NCBI RefSeq assembly: GCF_009914755.1
Contig: NC_060937.1
DNA: 64,000 bases
Strand: one strand, 5' to 3'
From: the human T2T-CHM13v2.0 reference genome, Homo sapiens
In this document: in pieces, positions 41,621 through 55,052 of the stretch
How positions within the stretch are numbered: the first letter of the stretch is position 1
How the letters are laid out: each line of letters starts with the position of its first letter
Notes under the pieces: model-generated
Told to the model about the DNA's origin: nothing
The model's input: only the letters and a program-made list of their open reading frames with translations
The model's database searches: none
Position numbers and translations under genes: made by a program

Positions 41621-43241
41621 TGTCATTAAGACCCTAGGCTCTCTTCCCACGGGTATTTGTGTGTTATTCATAAGGCCCTATGTATTTCTCAAATGAACTG
41701 GCATAATACTGTTATCTTTCACTTCTTACAAATTACTTCTCAAATTTGGTCTTTATGGTAATTTATTATTGAGCTCTCTGATGTCAAGACACCAGTGTTA
41801 TTGTGAGTTAAAAGAGTGGTTTCTCTGGTTGGCCTTCTTAAAGATGCTAATGTTTGGGAAGATCCCTTTTTTGCTGTGCTTTACCCCTGACACATTTAAA
41901 CTCTACTGTTATGTTCTAGTAATATTTTAAAAAGAAACAATTCTACTTCCTTCTAAATTTTTATTTCATTATATACTAGATCGACATTCTTTTTACCTTT
42001 GAGATATTTTCCTCATATTAATTCCCTGTGTTCAAACACTATTGTCTCTGCAGATGAGCTCTTCACTGTTCTTATGCAAAGTAACCCCCACCATACTTCT
42101 TGTCAGGCCATTCAGAAGTGTACAAACCATCGAAATGTTAAGCCATATCAACTTATAATCACTCCTTATTATACAAGGAACTTTGTAGTGTGGAGGGGCA
42201 ATAGTAACTTCTATGACATGTCATGAGGCCAGTTACTGAAACATACCAAAAATTATAGAGACCAATATGCTCTCTGGAATTCCTTAACTAGATACAGTAA
42301 AGTCATCAATTATTTATACTTAATTCAGAGTATAAAACAACCAAAGGGAAATGCAAAATTCCATTATACCATGGTAAATTCTTTTGGTTCAGGAGTTTTT
42401 ACATAGGTTCATAATGTCAATGGTCCACTACAATACATATGAAGTTGTTGTTTAAATTGCATATTTTCTCTAGCTTTTACTGTTGCTGCAAGGGCTTGAC
42501 TCAGAAATATGTTTAATAATAAAACCACATAGAGGTAGTTTTTAGTAAGACTTCTATCCTTCTGATTAAAAGAGGACAGTAGCCATGTGAGGAGAGAGAT
42601 TTTACCTATGCCAGAGGGATTATAGCAATATCTTAACTTTTTGTTGTGTTTGTTTTTGTTGCTTGGTTGTTTGGTTGGTGGTTTTATGTCCTAGTTCTTC
42701 TTTGCAGCAGTGAATTAAGACAAAATGATTTAGTTTTTTCAATTTAGAAAATTGCTGAAGGCAAAGACTTCTCTCTTTAATACTACTCAGCAATTCTTAA
42801 CTGAAAAGTTGGGTTAAGAAAAAAATACAGTAGGGAAATGATTTTGATCAACCTTCCTGATGAGGGCATTAATTGATAATTTCTATCATTTGATGTTATT
42901 TTTCCACCTATCCACTTTCCATTGACCTTTATGGAATAATTCTGAATTAGATTTAAGTTTCCTTTCGTCTTTGTGATATTTACTATTGAAATATCATTTA
43001 CTTTGTGGATCATTTTTAAGAGGCTCATTTATGCACATAGCATTGCTATAAATGAGGCACTGATACTTCATGAAGTCTTTCTTCTCTAATCTTTTCATCC
43101 TTGTAGCCAGTGTTTAGTTTCCACACATATATTCCAACTCTAAAATACACTGTTTTTAGTGTGATGAACAGTGATCCTCTAATTATTTTAATAGGCAACT
43201 CTAAGATAAACTAATGTTGACTTTAAAAAATCAACTTAATG

Positions 43242-43549
<308 letters not shown>

Positions 43550-43748
43550 TCAATTTAATGAACAAAAGCTTACAATTTGAAATTTTAAAATATCATTACT
43601 TTTCAATGCAATGTAATTAACAAAATATTTGAATGCCTAGTGTTTTTAAGGCCCTGTTCCGGATATAGGAAAGCTAGAGAAAATGGTGGCTTCACAACTT
43701 TACAATTCTGCACAAATTCTACAGTCAGTGTAAAGTCTTGTACAGTAG

Positions 43749-44196
43749 TGTATTAGTTGGAGATATGTAGTCTAGGATGCTGCCAAGTCATGTATTTCTC
43801 ACTTATATAAAAATGAGGTAGATTGGTGGTCCAGTGTTAATAGGCCTCTGATCTCCACTTGATCATCCAGGTTCATGGCCCCTGTTTTTGGCTTCTCCTA
43901 TACTTCAACTACTGTCGTTATCTGCACATTCAAACTTGGTTCACCAGCACCACATCCAAGTCCCAGACCACAGAAAGGAGAAAAAATTAAAAAGAAACGC
44001 CAAAGGTGTATGGTTTTAAAGGCAAGACTCATCCTGAAAATAATTGTCAAGAACTTTATTACCCAACCATACATAGCTACAAAAGGAATAAGAAGTGTCT
44101 TTTCTGTCTATGCAGCTCTGGACTAAATTAAAACTTAGAAATCACTAATAATGAAAAAAAGATGAGATTGAAAACTGGAGAATTATTATCACTACA
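43749..44196 (-). mobile_element. MLT1J-like LTR nested in an L2 relic
   Basis: tgtattagtt...catacatagctacaaaagga...cactaca; L2-like sequence on both sides (about 43615-43740 and 44230-44680). Confidence 0.55.
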
Positions 44197-45381
44197 AATA
44201 TGTTTTTATAGAAATAAATATTAACACAGACAAGGTGCTATAATATGCAGAAAGGTGTGAATGTAGGAACATGAGCCCTTACTTACGGATGTGGGAAGTT
44301 CAGAATATTGCATACATGCTTTTTGAACTGAGGCTTAATGTTTCACTTGCAATTCAGCCTATATAGATGGAGGGAAGGAGCTTTCAAAGAGAAGGGTCAA
44401 TATGGTCTATGGTTTAGTGATGAAAAATATTAGAAGAAGAGGTAAAAGTCTGGTCTGTAAGAAGTAGAATAAGTAGAATAAAATTTTAAGATCTGAACAT
44501 GCAGGATTTGCATGAAATTCAAGAGATTTAGGATTTATTCTTTAGAGCATTAAAAATAGTAAATGTTAAATAGAACCTCACGTTAGCAGTACATTTCTTG
44601 AAGTAATACGACTAGAAGAAGACAGGAAAAGGTAAGATGACACAACAATAATTATGGTGACAGGTAATCAATATTCAAATCAGTACCGTTGAAAATTAAA
44701 TATTTTGATTGGTGGTTTTATTTTATACTCACAAACACCATGTTATTAAGTAATTGAATATAATCCTTGAAATATCTATAATCATACTTTAAGTTACCAA
44801 TTAACAATATGATTCTATACATTTTACTGTGTTTGAAACACCTATAAATTATGTTTCCAGATGTATAAGAAAGAAAGATAACCAACATTTCCCTACAATT
44901 AATATTTTATGTTACTATAATTGAGTTGAAGTGATCATATATCCAGTTTCTTGACAATTCTACTAATGTTATTACTCATAGTATTTGTGGTAGTTAGCAA
45001 ATCAACAAAATAAACACCAATTCTAAGCACATAACAATACCAATGACTTGGCTTCCAAATGTTTTGTGCATTACATACAAATTTCTAATCAGAAAAGAAA
45101 GTCAATTATTAAACATTTCTAAAACAGGACTCAGAATTCCAACAGTTCCACAATAGTGACTTTAAAAATATTTGTGACAAACTGTTAGAATGAAGTAATT
45201 GAATCACTAGTCATATTTTTCTCTTCCTACATTCTTAAGGATAGGATATCTATTCTTTCATTTTCCTCTACTACAACTGGTGGGGGAGGAGGAAGAAAAA
45301 TGATAATGTTGAAAGAATTTTGAATAAGGTATTAGTAAAACTGAGTTTCAGTTCTAGTTTGCCTATCTTTCAAGCTGTGTT

Positions 45382-46070
45382 TGTTTCAGCTATCTATTGT
45401 ATCATTATAAATTACCCTAAAACCTAGTGGCTTAAAAATAAAGTAATAATTCTTTTGCTCACAAATATTCCATTTTGGCTGGGCTTGGTGAGGGCAGCTA
45501 ATTCAATGTGTTGTCATCTAGAATGGGTCAACTATGACTGAAGGATGCAATTCAAGTTGGCTGGCAAGTTAAAGCTACTATTAGCGAGGAGTCAGTTCTC
45601 ATCAATGTGAGTGACCCTCTTCATTGATTGTGTGGGCATTTTCTAAGAGCAAATATTCTAAGAGGCAAGAAGTGAAGAACTGAAGAACTCTGAAGAACTG
45701 GAGATTTGAAGAACTGAACTCTCTGAAGAACTGGCCAGGAAACTGGTACGGCATAACTTCTGCCAAAATCAACTGGTCAAAGCAATCTCAGAATCCGTCG
45801 CAATTCAAGAAGAGAGGACACTCAGTGGTATGCTTGTAAATTCTCTCTTATGAAAAAAAAATCCCTGTCTGCAATATACACCAGTTTCTGTGGTGTAAAT
45901 ATTCTCATGATGGCAGAATTTGAGCTACCAGTATTATGCCATTGAACACAGAGTTGGAAAGCAACGAGAAAAATCTGCTTATGTGAGCTGGTACAAGCAG
46001 GTTCCACGACACTACTTCCCACATCCGAACTCCCAATGGCAGATACTATGGCCATGTTTAACCAGACACA
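45382..46070 (-). mobile_element. MLT1G/H-like LTR
   Basis: aaattaccctaaaacctagtggcttaaaa...gctgggcttggtgagggcagct...ggctggcaagtt...aaactggtacggcataacttctgcca. Confidence 0.75.
45823..46017 (-). mobile_element. MER63A-like hAT MITE nested in the MLT1 LTR
   Basis: cagtggtatgcttgtaaa...tgtggtgtaaatattctca...gagctggtacaagcaggttccacgacactact. Confidence 0.8.
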
Positions 46071-46168
46071 TATTGACAATGTCAATGAAGTTTTGTGAAC
46101 TTTTTCATTGCTAAGTTAGGAAGAGTGTCTGTACTGCTTCACAAATTTTGTGTTAGGCAAAAAGATAG

Positions 46169-46496
<328 letters not shown>

Positions 46497-46899
46497 AAGA
46501 TAGGTTATAATTTAAAACACTTTGAAGTGTAACCACTTTGTTATTAGAAGCTATTCTGAAATTGTGTCATTAATGATAGTGATGTTTCTCCATAATATAA
46601 AGTGTTACTTCATCATCTACTTTTTATACTGAAACTAATGAACACTGTAGAAATGTTTTAAGTTATAGCTCACATTCTGGTGAAAATATTGTATTTTATT
46701 CACAGAGAGTTCTCAAAAATATACACGTCTTAAATATAGGAATTCTATTTGTATCTGACTAAATCTACAGATTTTAGTAATCTCTTTTACATGTAGGGTA
46801 GAGGAGGTCCCAGAATGCAGGTCTCTTAATTTGCATAGTAGAGTTTTTCTCCTTAAAATATAGTGATACAACTGGCCTCTGATCTCAAAGAACAAGTAA

Positions 46900-47770
46900 C
46901 AGCGATAATGAGAAGCACTTGTTTGAATGTGGTCTTTTTCTGGATATTCTGTCTGGAGATTTAAATTTGTATGTAAGTACTATGTCAAGGTTTGAAAATA
47001 CACAAGGAACATGAGATAGAAGTAAACATCTGAAATGAAGGTAAGCCAACAATAAAGGTTTTCAAAGATAGATACCCTGAGTACTTCATGATTTATATAC
47101 AAAAAAAAAATGAGGAGAAATAAAGAAAATTAAGATATAGTGGTCAATTAGGTCCAAAACTAAATAAAATCCTTGGAGGTCAAGGGAAGAAAAGGCTTCT
47201 TTCCTAATCTGAGAATTATATCAGATGCTGCTGTGCCTCAGGATAAGGACAGAGAATTGACCATAATATTCAGCAACTTGAAATCATTGGTGATCTTGAC
47301 AACTCAACTAAACGTCTTTTGATGTGATGACAGTGACAAAAGTTTGGCTGGAGTGGATTTAAAGGAGATAGAGAAATGGAAACAAAGTGAGAGAATGGAT
47401 ACATGAAGGATATATAAAGTTGTGAAATTTTGTTGCAATGGAAGGGAAAGAAATGGGTATTAGTTGAGTGTTATATAGGTAGAAAAATGTTGAATATTTG
47501 AAGCCAGAAAAAAAATAGTTATCTTTCACATTGGGAGAGTGGATGACTTAGAGAAATATGATTGTAAAATAGTAGTGAAGTTTCAACTGAAATTATTGAT
47601 CATGAATTTAAATCAGAAGATTCAGCAAAATTTTGTTTCTTTTAGCCGTATTTATCAAGTTACTATTATAGATCAGGGCCAGGGTTGTATTTTGGCCATA
47701 TGAGTGTAAAAAAGGGTTCCAAGAGAATGAGGGTGTTTGAAACACAATGATTACCATGATTATTCATGTT
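46900..47770 (-). mobile_element. L2 fragment
   Basis: tcagatgctgctg...aggacagagaattgacca...tcattggtgatcttgacaa...ctggagtggattta. Confidence 0.75.
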
Positions 47771-47879
47771 AATCAAATTCAGGTTAACCAAAACAAATAA
47801 ATGTTGTTTTGTACATGTGAACATGCGTTTTTATGTATCAAGATCAGCAAACAATACCCAACTTTTACCAAGTGACACA

Positions 47880-48637
47880 GCAATGATTCCAAATAATTGG
47901 GAATTTAGTATATCTTGTGACCTCTTTGGGTCATTCATGTAAGTAAATAAAACGCAAGGAAGAGATCACTGTATTACATGGGATAGTTGATTCTGATTAT
48001 AAAGGAGAAAGTGGGATAATACTAGCAAATGGGGTGCAAGAAGGAGAATGTTTTGCTTTCTGAGGTTCCTATGGGTATCTACATATCCGCAACTAATGTC
48101 AATGAGAAATCATATGAACCCAGTAGAGTGAGGATGTCTAATAACCCATACACTTTAGGAATAAAGGTTTTCCTCATTCAACCATACAAGGAACCACAAC
48201 CAGCTGAGGTAACTGCTGAAGAATATAAAATAGTAGTCAGGAAAGGCAGTGAAAAACACTCATTATGGCCTCATGACTAATATGATTAAATGAGGACCAT
48301 ATTTGTTATGAGTGTTTCATCTTTATTTCAATAAGGGATGTATTCACATAATTTAAGCATTTTTCCTTTCCTTCTATTCTCTTATCAACTAACAAAATGT
48401 GCTAATAGTAGTTAATCTTATATCTCAATATTTAGGTTACAGGATGTCAAAGAGGAAGTGTGACTCATCCTGAAGAGAAATAAGCATCAGCTAAAAATAA
48501 AATAATTTTGTAAATTTATTTAGGAAGAGGTTAGTATGAAAGGGACAACTGAATCATATTAGGAGGAAGCATGATTTTGGAATTTATGTTTGGTTAATGA
48601 GGATGTGTATAGTTTCCAAGATGGCAAGAGATACACC
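47880..48637 (+). mobile_element. ERV-L internal 3' end (dUTPase/pol C-terminus and 3' UTR)
   Basis: ORF 48029-48280 GIKVFLIQPYKEPQPAEVTAE resembles ERV-L GMKVWVTPPGKEPRPAEVLAE; homologous to 26200-27270 of this window. Confidence 0.8.
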
Positions 48638-49302
48638 TTGACAGCTTTTTACTGTGTCAATTTACCTAAGCTAGAACAATGTGACTCAGACTTTCCTTCC
48701 CTTTATGCTCCTCAGGCAGGGCTGGCCACTATAGAAAATTAGGTGTGGAATTTGGAAGGTGGACATAAACAATAGCTTGATCAAGGCTCAAAGGGTCAGT
48801 GTAATATCAGACACATTGTAGCTCATGCATAGTGTTGTAGACTTCCTGACTCACCTTGTTGGTGTAAAGCAGTAGCGAGGCTTCCAACTCCTCCACCATC
48901 TGACAGATTTCCTTCTTCAGCTTCCCAGTCCTGGTCTAAGTATGTGTCTATGCCCTTGGCAAATAGTACCAGCTTTTGTCTGCAGATTACCCATATCATT
49001 GAAGTTGGACAGTTGGAGGTACTGAGAGACCACTATGCTTTCTAGTTCATACTCATAGGTTCTAGTTCATACTCATAGGTTCTAATTCATCCTCACAAGT
49101 TCAAACTTGTTCTTGCCCTCCCTTATATTTGTTTCCTCACATACTTCTTAACTTCTTCACTTCAGATCCTGCACCAGATACAGAAGGAACATTGGTAAAT
49201 GAATTGTTTAACTACTCCCACAATTGCATAAACAAACCCTAGTAATAACTATTTTGTTATATGCCATTCTTAGTCATCCTTCTCTAATTGATCTCTGATA
49301 CA
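48638..49302 (+). mobile_element. ERV-L LTR (LTR50-like)
   Basis: tgtcaatttacctaagctagaac...atttggaaggtgga...ctcccacaattgcataa...tgataca; internal 20-bp tandem repeats. Confidence 0.65.
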
Positions 49303-49593
49303 AATACCCACACACTGAGCAAAGTTTTGAAAACTTCTCTTCTCTAGAGAATCTCTTTGATTTAAATCTATCATTGATTTCAAAAATTTCTGTAGAAATT
49401 TTCAGTATTTTTTAGTCATTGAAATATGGTATGTAATAAAGTAATATTTATGATAGAGTAACAAATATTTTCTCCCTTTAACAGAATATTATGTTTTTAA
49501 TTTACTGTATATTAAATTTTTTTAATCCATAAAATTTAAAGTGTTATATCAAATTAAGATTAGAGACCAAATAAAAACTAGCTTATAGAAACA

Positions 49594-49922
49594 TGCCCAA
49601 CACAGTGGCTCATATCTATAATCTCAGCACTTAGAGAGGCCTAGGCAGGAGGATCTCATGAGGCCAGGAGTTTGTGACCAGCCTGGGCAACATAGAGAGA
49701 CCTCATTTCTAGAAAAAAGTAAAAAGTAAAAAAATAAGAAACAAAACTTAGCTGGGCATGGCAGTATGCACCTGTAGTCCCTGTTACTTGGGAGGCTGGG
49801 GCAGAAGGGTCACCTGGGCCCAGGAGATCGAGGCTGCAGTGAGCCATGATTGCACCACTGCTCTCCAGACTGGGTGACAGAGTAAGACCCTGTCTCTGAA
49901 AAAAAAAAAAAAAAAAAAAAAA
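49594..49922 (+). mobile_element. AluJ (Jo/Jr-like) with an expanded A-rich linker
   Basis: gaggccaggagttt, gggcccaggag, gaggctgcagtgagccatgat; poly-A tail. Confidence 0.92.
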
Positions 49923-50344
49923 GAAATTTACCAAGTTTAAGATAATAAAAATTGATACAATTTGCTTTTCTAATCAATTGGCCAATCTATTTTCATACTT
50001 TTATTTATTTGTTTATTCTAAACTATCAATAAGATGAAAGTGAATATTTCAGGCCACTCTTGCCTGAATTTCATTATATATAGTAGTATTCTTCCCAATA
50101 TACAATAAAAATATATAAAACAACTGCATTTTCTAATTTTTATTTTAGTTTTGAATTATGTATGTATGTTATAAAAGTGTTTATGAAACATATATGACTT
50201 TTGATCAAGTAAGCTAATTTTTAGACTTAGTGAAGATTATTATAATGGAAATTTAACCCAAGGGAAAAAGAGAGAAGAAGGTTATACAGATCAAACAATA
50301 TGAGACGAGGATTGATAAATGGTTAAACTCTATGAAATTACTTG

Positions 50345-50910
50345 TGGTAGGCCCTCAAATAACTTCAGGATGGGGCCTGATCACGAAAAAGACTAACCAC
50401 ATTAGAGGGTTTGAACTTTGAGCTAGCCTAACTTCCAGGGGTGGGGAGATGCCCAGTGATTTAATAAATTATGCCTATGTAATGAAGCCTTGATAAAACC
50501 CTGTACACCGAAGCTCAGTGAAACTTACTGGTTGGTAAAACCCATTGATGTGCCAGCCAGTGATATATGTTGATTCCAAGAGATAGCTCAGAAGCTCTGC
50601 ATTCCCTCTCAGAACTCATGCATATGAGGACCCTTTTTAGTAAATCTGTAATATATGCAGAGCACTTCCCTGTGTTCTGTATCTTTCTAGCAAATTATCA
50701 AACCTTAGGGCATCACAGAAACCTTCAAATTTGTAGCCATTTGCTCAGAAGTTCAGATGGTCTGGAGACTGCTCTGAGAATTGCAGCGCCCATCTGAAGT
50801 GACAGTGGTCTTATGGAGGATGTTGCCCTTAACTTGTGGGGTCCGTGCTAACTCCAGGTAGTTAGTGTCAGAATCAAATTGCAGTACACTCTGTTATTGT
50901 TGGACTAGTT
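50345..50910 (+). mobile_element. MER21C/MER77-family LTR
   Basis: atgcctatgtaatgaagcc...ctagcaaattatcaaacc...gctaactccaggtagttagtgtcagaat. Confidence 0.8.
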
Positions 50911-50969
50911 GGGCTAAACATAATAATTGTCTCTTCAATAAGTCATAAATTTCTTTTGACATATTCTTT

Positions 50970-51432
50970 CAGATATAGCCTCTTATTTCTCCAACATCTG
51001 TCCCTACTCTCTAATTCAAATTGGTTTTGTAAAAACACCAACATGATTATATTCTAAACATAGCTTGCTTCTCTTCATGCCTATGCTCATGTCACCCTCT
51101 GTCTAGAATGTCCTTCTTACAGTACTTAGGTATCGTCAAGTACCATTGACTGATTCTTTTATACTCAGCTTGGTAATCACTTTTCTAGGATGCTTTCCCA
51201 ACCATTTTGCCACCTATGCCCACTGCCAAAAGTTTGAATAAGGTACATTTTTAGTATTTTCATCAACCCTATAACCATCTCTATTACTGTACTTGTGCAG
51301 TATTTTATAGTGCTCATGTAATTCTTTCCCACAACATGCTGTTAGCTCTTCACAAAAATAATTTTATCTTTCTGTTTTTCTATCCTAGAACGTAGCTCAA
51401 TAATTGCACCCAATGGCTATTGAATAAATTAT
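50970..51432 (+). mobile_element. L2 3' region
   Basis: ccctctgtctagaatgtccttc...tcacttttctaggatgctttccc...ttgaataaat. Confidence 0.65.
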
Positions 51433-53329
51433 TTGTCATTGGACTTATTTGAAGAAAGTCAATGTCTCTGTATTTGCCTTTATAAAATGTTCATTTTGGT
51501 TCTTTAGATCTAAGTTTAATATGTGATTTATTCTTTGGAAGTAAGTTATTTTTATACTTTAATTAATTTTAAATAAAGGTTTTTTTTCTGTTAGATGAGG
51601 AGCATTGTTTGCTTTCTGTTACTTTTTCTGTAATTTTCCTTCATGTTCAAATCAATCTGCTCCAGTCGCTCTGTGCATGAATGAACACAATTATGTGTGT
51701 TTTTTCCTCCCAATTTAAAATGTCCTTAGACATCCTCATAAAAATATTTTATAATTACATTGTAATTTTGGTATATGAAGGCTAGATAATAACATATATT
51801 AATTAACTTTGGCAATATTTATTACTGATATAAGATTAGATCTTTATGAAAGGATGGCTCATTTTGCCATTCCTCTTTTGAAGATTAAGCTTGATGGTAA
51901 TACAAATATCATATTTATCATCAAGACTGTCAACTGTTGAATAGTGAAATAATCCTTAATTATTCTATTGGAGTGCATCTTCATTATTTCATGTTGATTA
52001 CCTTTTTTCCTCTCCAGTGTATATGCAGCAGACTAGTTTTGGTCCAACAAACAGTAAGACTGTGTCTCTATAATGTCAGTTATTTACATGATGAGTAAAA
52101 TTCAATTACTCTAAAACTGATAACTGGTGTGCAATTAGAGAACTGAAGCTAGAAATTTGCTTTCTTGTTTTTTCTTAAGATTAAAGCTGAAATGATGTAG
52201 GCCTCTGGACTCTCGCTGTAAAAGTAGTTAAAAATAATAATCAGAATCTGCTAGGAGAAAAACTTTCAGAAGAACTAGAGTATAAGTACCCTGATCATAA
52301 TAAATATTTTAAGTCTTGTGTACAGAGTATAAAATGATACACTTATATCTATATATACCATTTTATTTTCTCCCAAGCTACTTCTTTGCAATTATGTAGA
52401 CATGGGTTGAATGTATTTACATTTAAGGTTCTCCCTTTCATTCATGTTACTGCCCATTTGCAAGTTCTATTATGCTTGAAAATTAAAATAATATATAATT
52501 TCTATCTTAAAAAGAGTTTTAAATTACCCTTAGAATAGGATATCAAATAGCAGCAGCAGAAAGGATGCCCTGGTTAGGACTCTACACAAATGTTATCACT
52601 CAACAATATTTCTGAGTGAATGAATGAATATATATACGCATGGGATGAGAATCACTCCGTGTTATGAAAAAATGCCTACAAGTTACCACCAGATCCATTC
52701 CATTTATCTATTTGTACACATGTTATTTTAGATTAAAACATTTTTGTATTTCTAATAATCTATCTTTTCTACTGGATTCTAGAAAACTTGATCCCATTTC
52801 TCTGGTTTTTAGGTTTCACTCTTCCATAAATATTGAGCTCATGACACCTCCTCATTGGTGCCCCTGGCTCAAACTTAATTTCCCTTTTTTTATTACTAGT
52901 GACAGCATAGCACAATTTACTACCTTATTATTCTCTAATTTTATGTAAACTTTGCTTATCTAGTTCAGTAGATAGCTCTTTTAAATCACCAATAAGGTTT
53001 TATTTCTCTGTTTTTTTTTCTTCCTTCAAGGAACAACCCAAGAAATATGGCAGCAAATGTTGAATGGGTATATTATACCTGCATGACTAATTAATTAAGT
53101 CATTGATTGACTGAACTTTCTACTCAGTGTAATCTCTTCTAAGCAATCTTCCAAAGTGAAAAGACAGCCCTGGGCTAATATATTTAAACAACATTGGATA
53201 ATAATGCCTCTTCCCTTGTCAGTTTAGACTTATTCATATGTAAATGAATAGTTGCATATATGTGACTCTGTCATTTGAATATGGAGAAAGAGGAAAAGCA
53301 GAAAAAAAGAGACAATATAAACATCACCA

Positions 53330-53545
53330 CTGTAAAGAACATTAGCTCTGAAGCCAAAATGCCTGTATTCTCACCTCAGCTCTGTCATATATTAGCACTT
53401 TTATCTTGAGAAAATTACTTAACTTCGGTGTCTTAATGTCCTCATTCAGAAAACGGGGATAATTTGTAACCATTTCATACCTTTCTTCATGGAGAATAAA
53501 TAGGAATTCAATGTGAAGTAGCCAGAATAATACTCAAATATATAT
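53330..53545 (+). mobile_element. MIR SINE
   Basis: gctctgaagccaaaatgcctg...cagctctgtca...aaattacttaac...cctcattcagaaaacggggataat. Confidence 0.8.
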
Positions 53546-53690
53546 GTGTTAAAATATATATAGGATAAATGATAAGCTGTTTGTATATGCATTACAGATA
53601 TACACATAGTTCATACTTTACCCTATATTGTGATCACCATAATATTGTCATTCTTAGACATTCTTTCAAGACTCCTTGAGAAGTTTCTTT

Positions 53691-54015
53691 TCTTTTTTTT
53701 TTTTTTTTTTTTTTTTTTGCGACGGAGTCTCACTCTGTCAACCAGGCTGGAGTGCAGTGGCAAGACTCAGCTACTCAGCTCCACCTCTCACCCCCACACC
53801 CCCCGAGTGATTCTCCTACCTCAGCTACCTCAGTCTCCCAAGTAGTTGGGATCACATATGCACAGCACCATGCACAGCTAAGTTTTTGTATTTTGGGTAG
53901 AGACGGGGTTTCACCATGTTGGCCAGGCTGGTCTCGAACTCCTGAGCTCAAGCCATTCACCCGCCTCAGCTTCCCAAAGTGCTGTGATTGCAGGCATAAG
54001 CCACTAGGCCAGACC
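53691..54015 (-). mobile_element. Alu (Jb/Sz-like) with a locally rearranged right arm
   Basis: Dimer; TSD cttga(g/c)aagtttcttt. Confidence 0.9.
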
Positions 54016-54185
54016 CTTGACAAGTTTCTTTGGGGATGTTTAATAGTTAGAAAAAAACTAAGTCAACTCCTGGGAAAGAACGCACTATCAGGGAACAGGT
54101 TTTAATAGTTACTATATTTAGCCTGAGCTAGTACAAATTCTCAGGGTCAGGAAAAGGATGGTTTGAGTACCAAAGAGCATGTGTC

Positions 54186-54440
54186 ATTTTTTAATTTATT
54201 TAATTATTTTATCGTAGATTCACGGGGTACATGTGCAGGTTTGTTACATGGTTACATTGTGTGATGATGAAGTTTGGGCTTCTAATGATCCAGTCACCCA
54301 TGTATTAGGTAGGTACAGAAATAATTGTGATTTTGCCATTACTTTTAATGGAAAAACCACAATTACCTTTGCACCAATCTAATATTAAACATGGTACCCT
54401 ATGGGTACCACCCTTGTCCTCTTCCCTTCCCCCTCTCTTT
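54186..54440 (-). mobile_element. L1PA15-17-like 3' end
   Basis: ggggtacatgtgcaggtttgttacatgg...gatccagtcaccca. Confidence 0.85.
54305..54382. mobile_element. MADE1 (Hsmar1-derived MITE)
   Basis: 78-bp imperfect palindrome ttaggtaggtac...gcaccaatctaa flanked by TA on both sides. Confidence 0.95.
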
Positions 54441-54590
54441 TATATTACCTTACAATTCAGCTTGCGGTGACTGACTGATGCTCGAGTTTTAGGGAGAAAG
54501 AAATGTGGCAAGAAAATCTCTATCTGACTTTGAAGGGAAAAGCAACATAGCCCTGTAGCCCACTTATAGAAGCATAAGAATTATTGTTGG

Positions 54591-55052
54591 TAAGGGAAGA
54601 GACCATCCCTCATATTGTCTTATGCCCAATTTCTGCCTCCAAAGAAAGGAAAAGTAAAAACTAAAAGGCAGAAATGAAATCCACAAGCAGACAGCCCCGG
54701 GCCACACTCTAGGCCTGGTAGTTAAAGACCGACCCCTGACCTAATCGGTTATGCAATCTATAGATTACAGACATTGTATAGAAAAGCACTGTGAAAATCC
54801 CTATCCTGTTTTGCTCAGATCTAATTACCAGTGCCTGCAGCCCCCAGTCACGTACCCCCTGCTTGCTCAATCGATCACGACCCTCTCAGGCGCATGCTCG
54901 TAGAGTTGTGAGCCCTTAAAAGGGACAGGAATTACTCACTCAGGGAGCTCGGCTCTTCAGACAGGAGTCTTGCCAATGCCCCCGGCCGAATAAACCCCTT
55001 CCTTCTTTAACTCGGTGTCTGAGGAGTTTTGGATGCGGCTTCTCCTGCTACA
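54591..55052 (+). mobile_element. LTR2 solo LTR (HERV-E/Harlequin)
   Basis: taagggaagagacc...cctgctaca; perfect 4-bp TSD ttgg; TATA-like ttaaaa 54916-54921; AATAAA 54989-54994. Confidence 0.95.
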
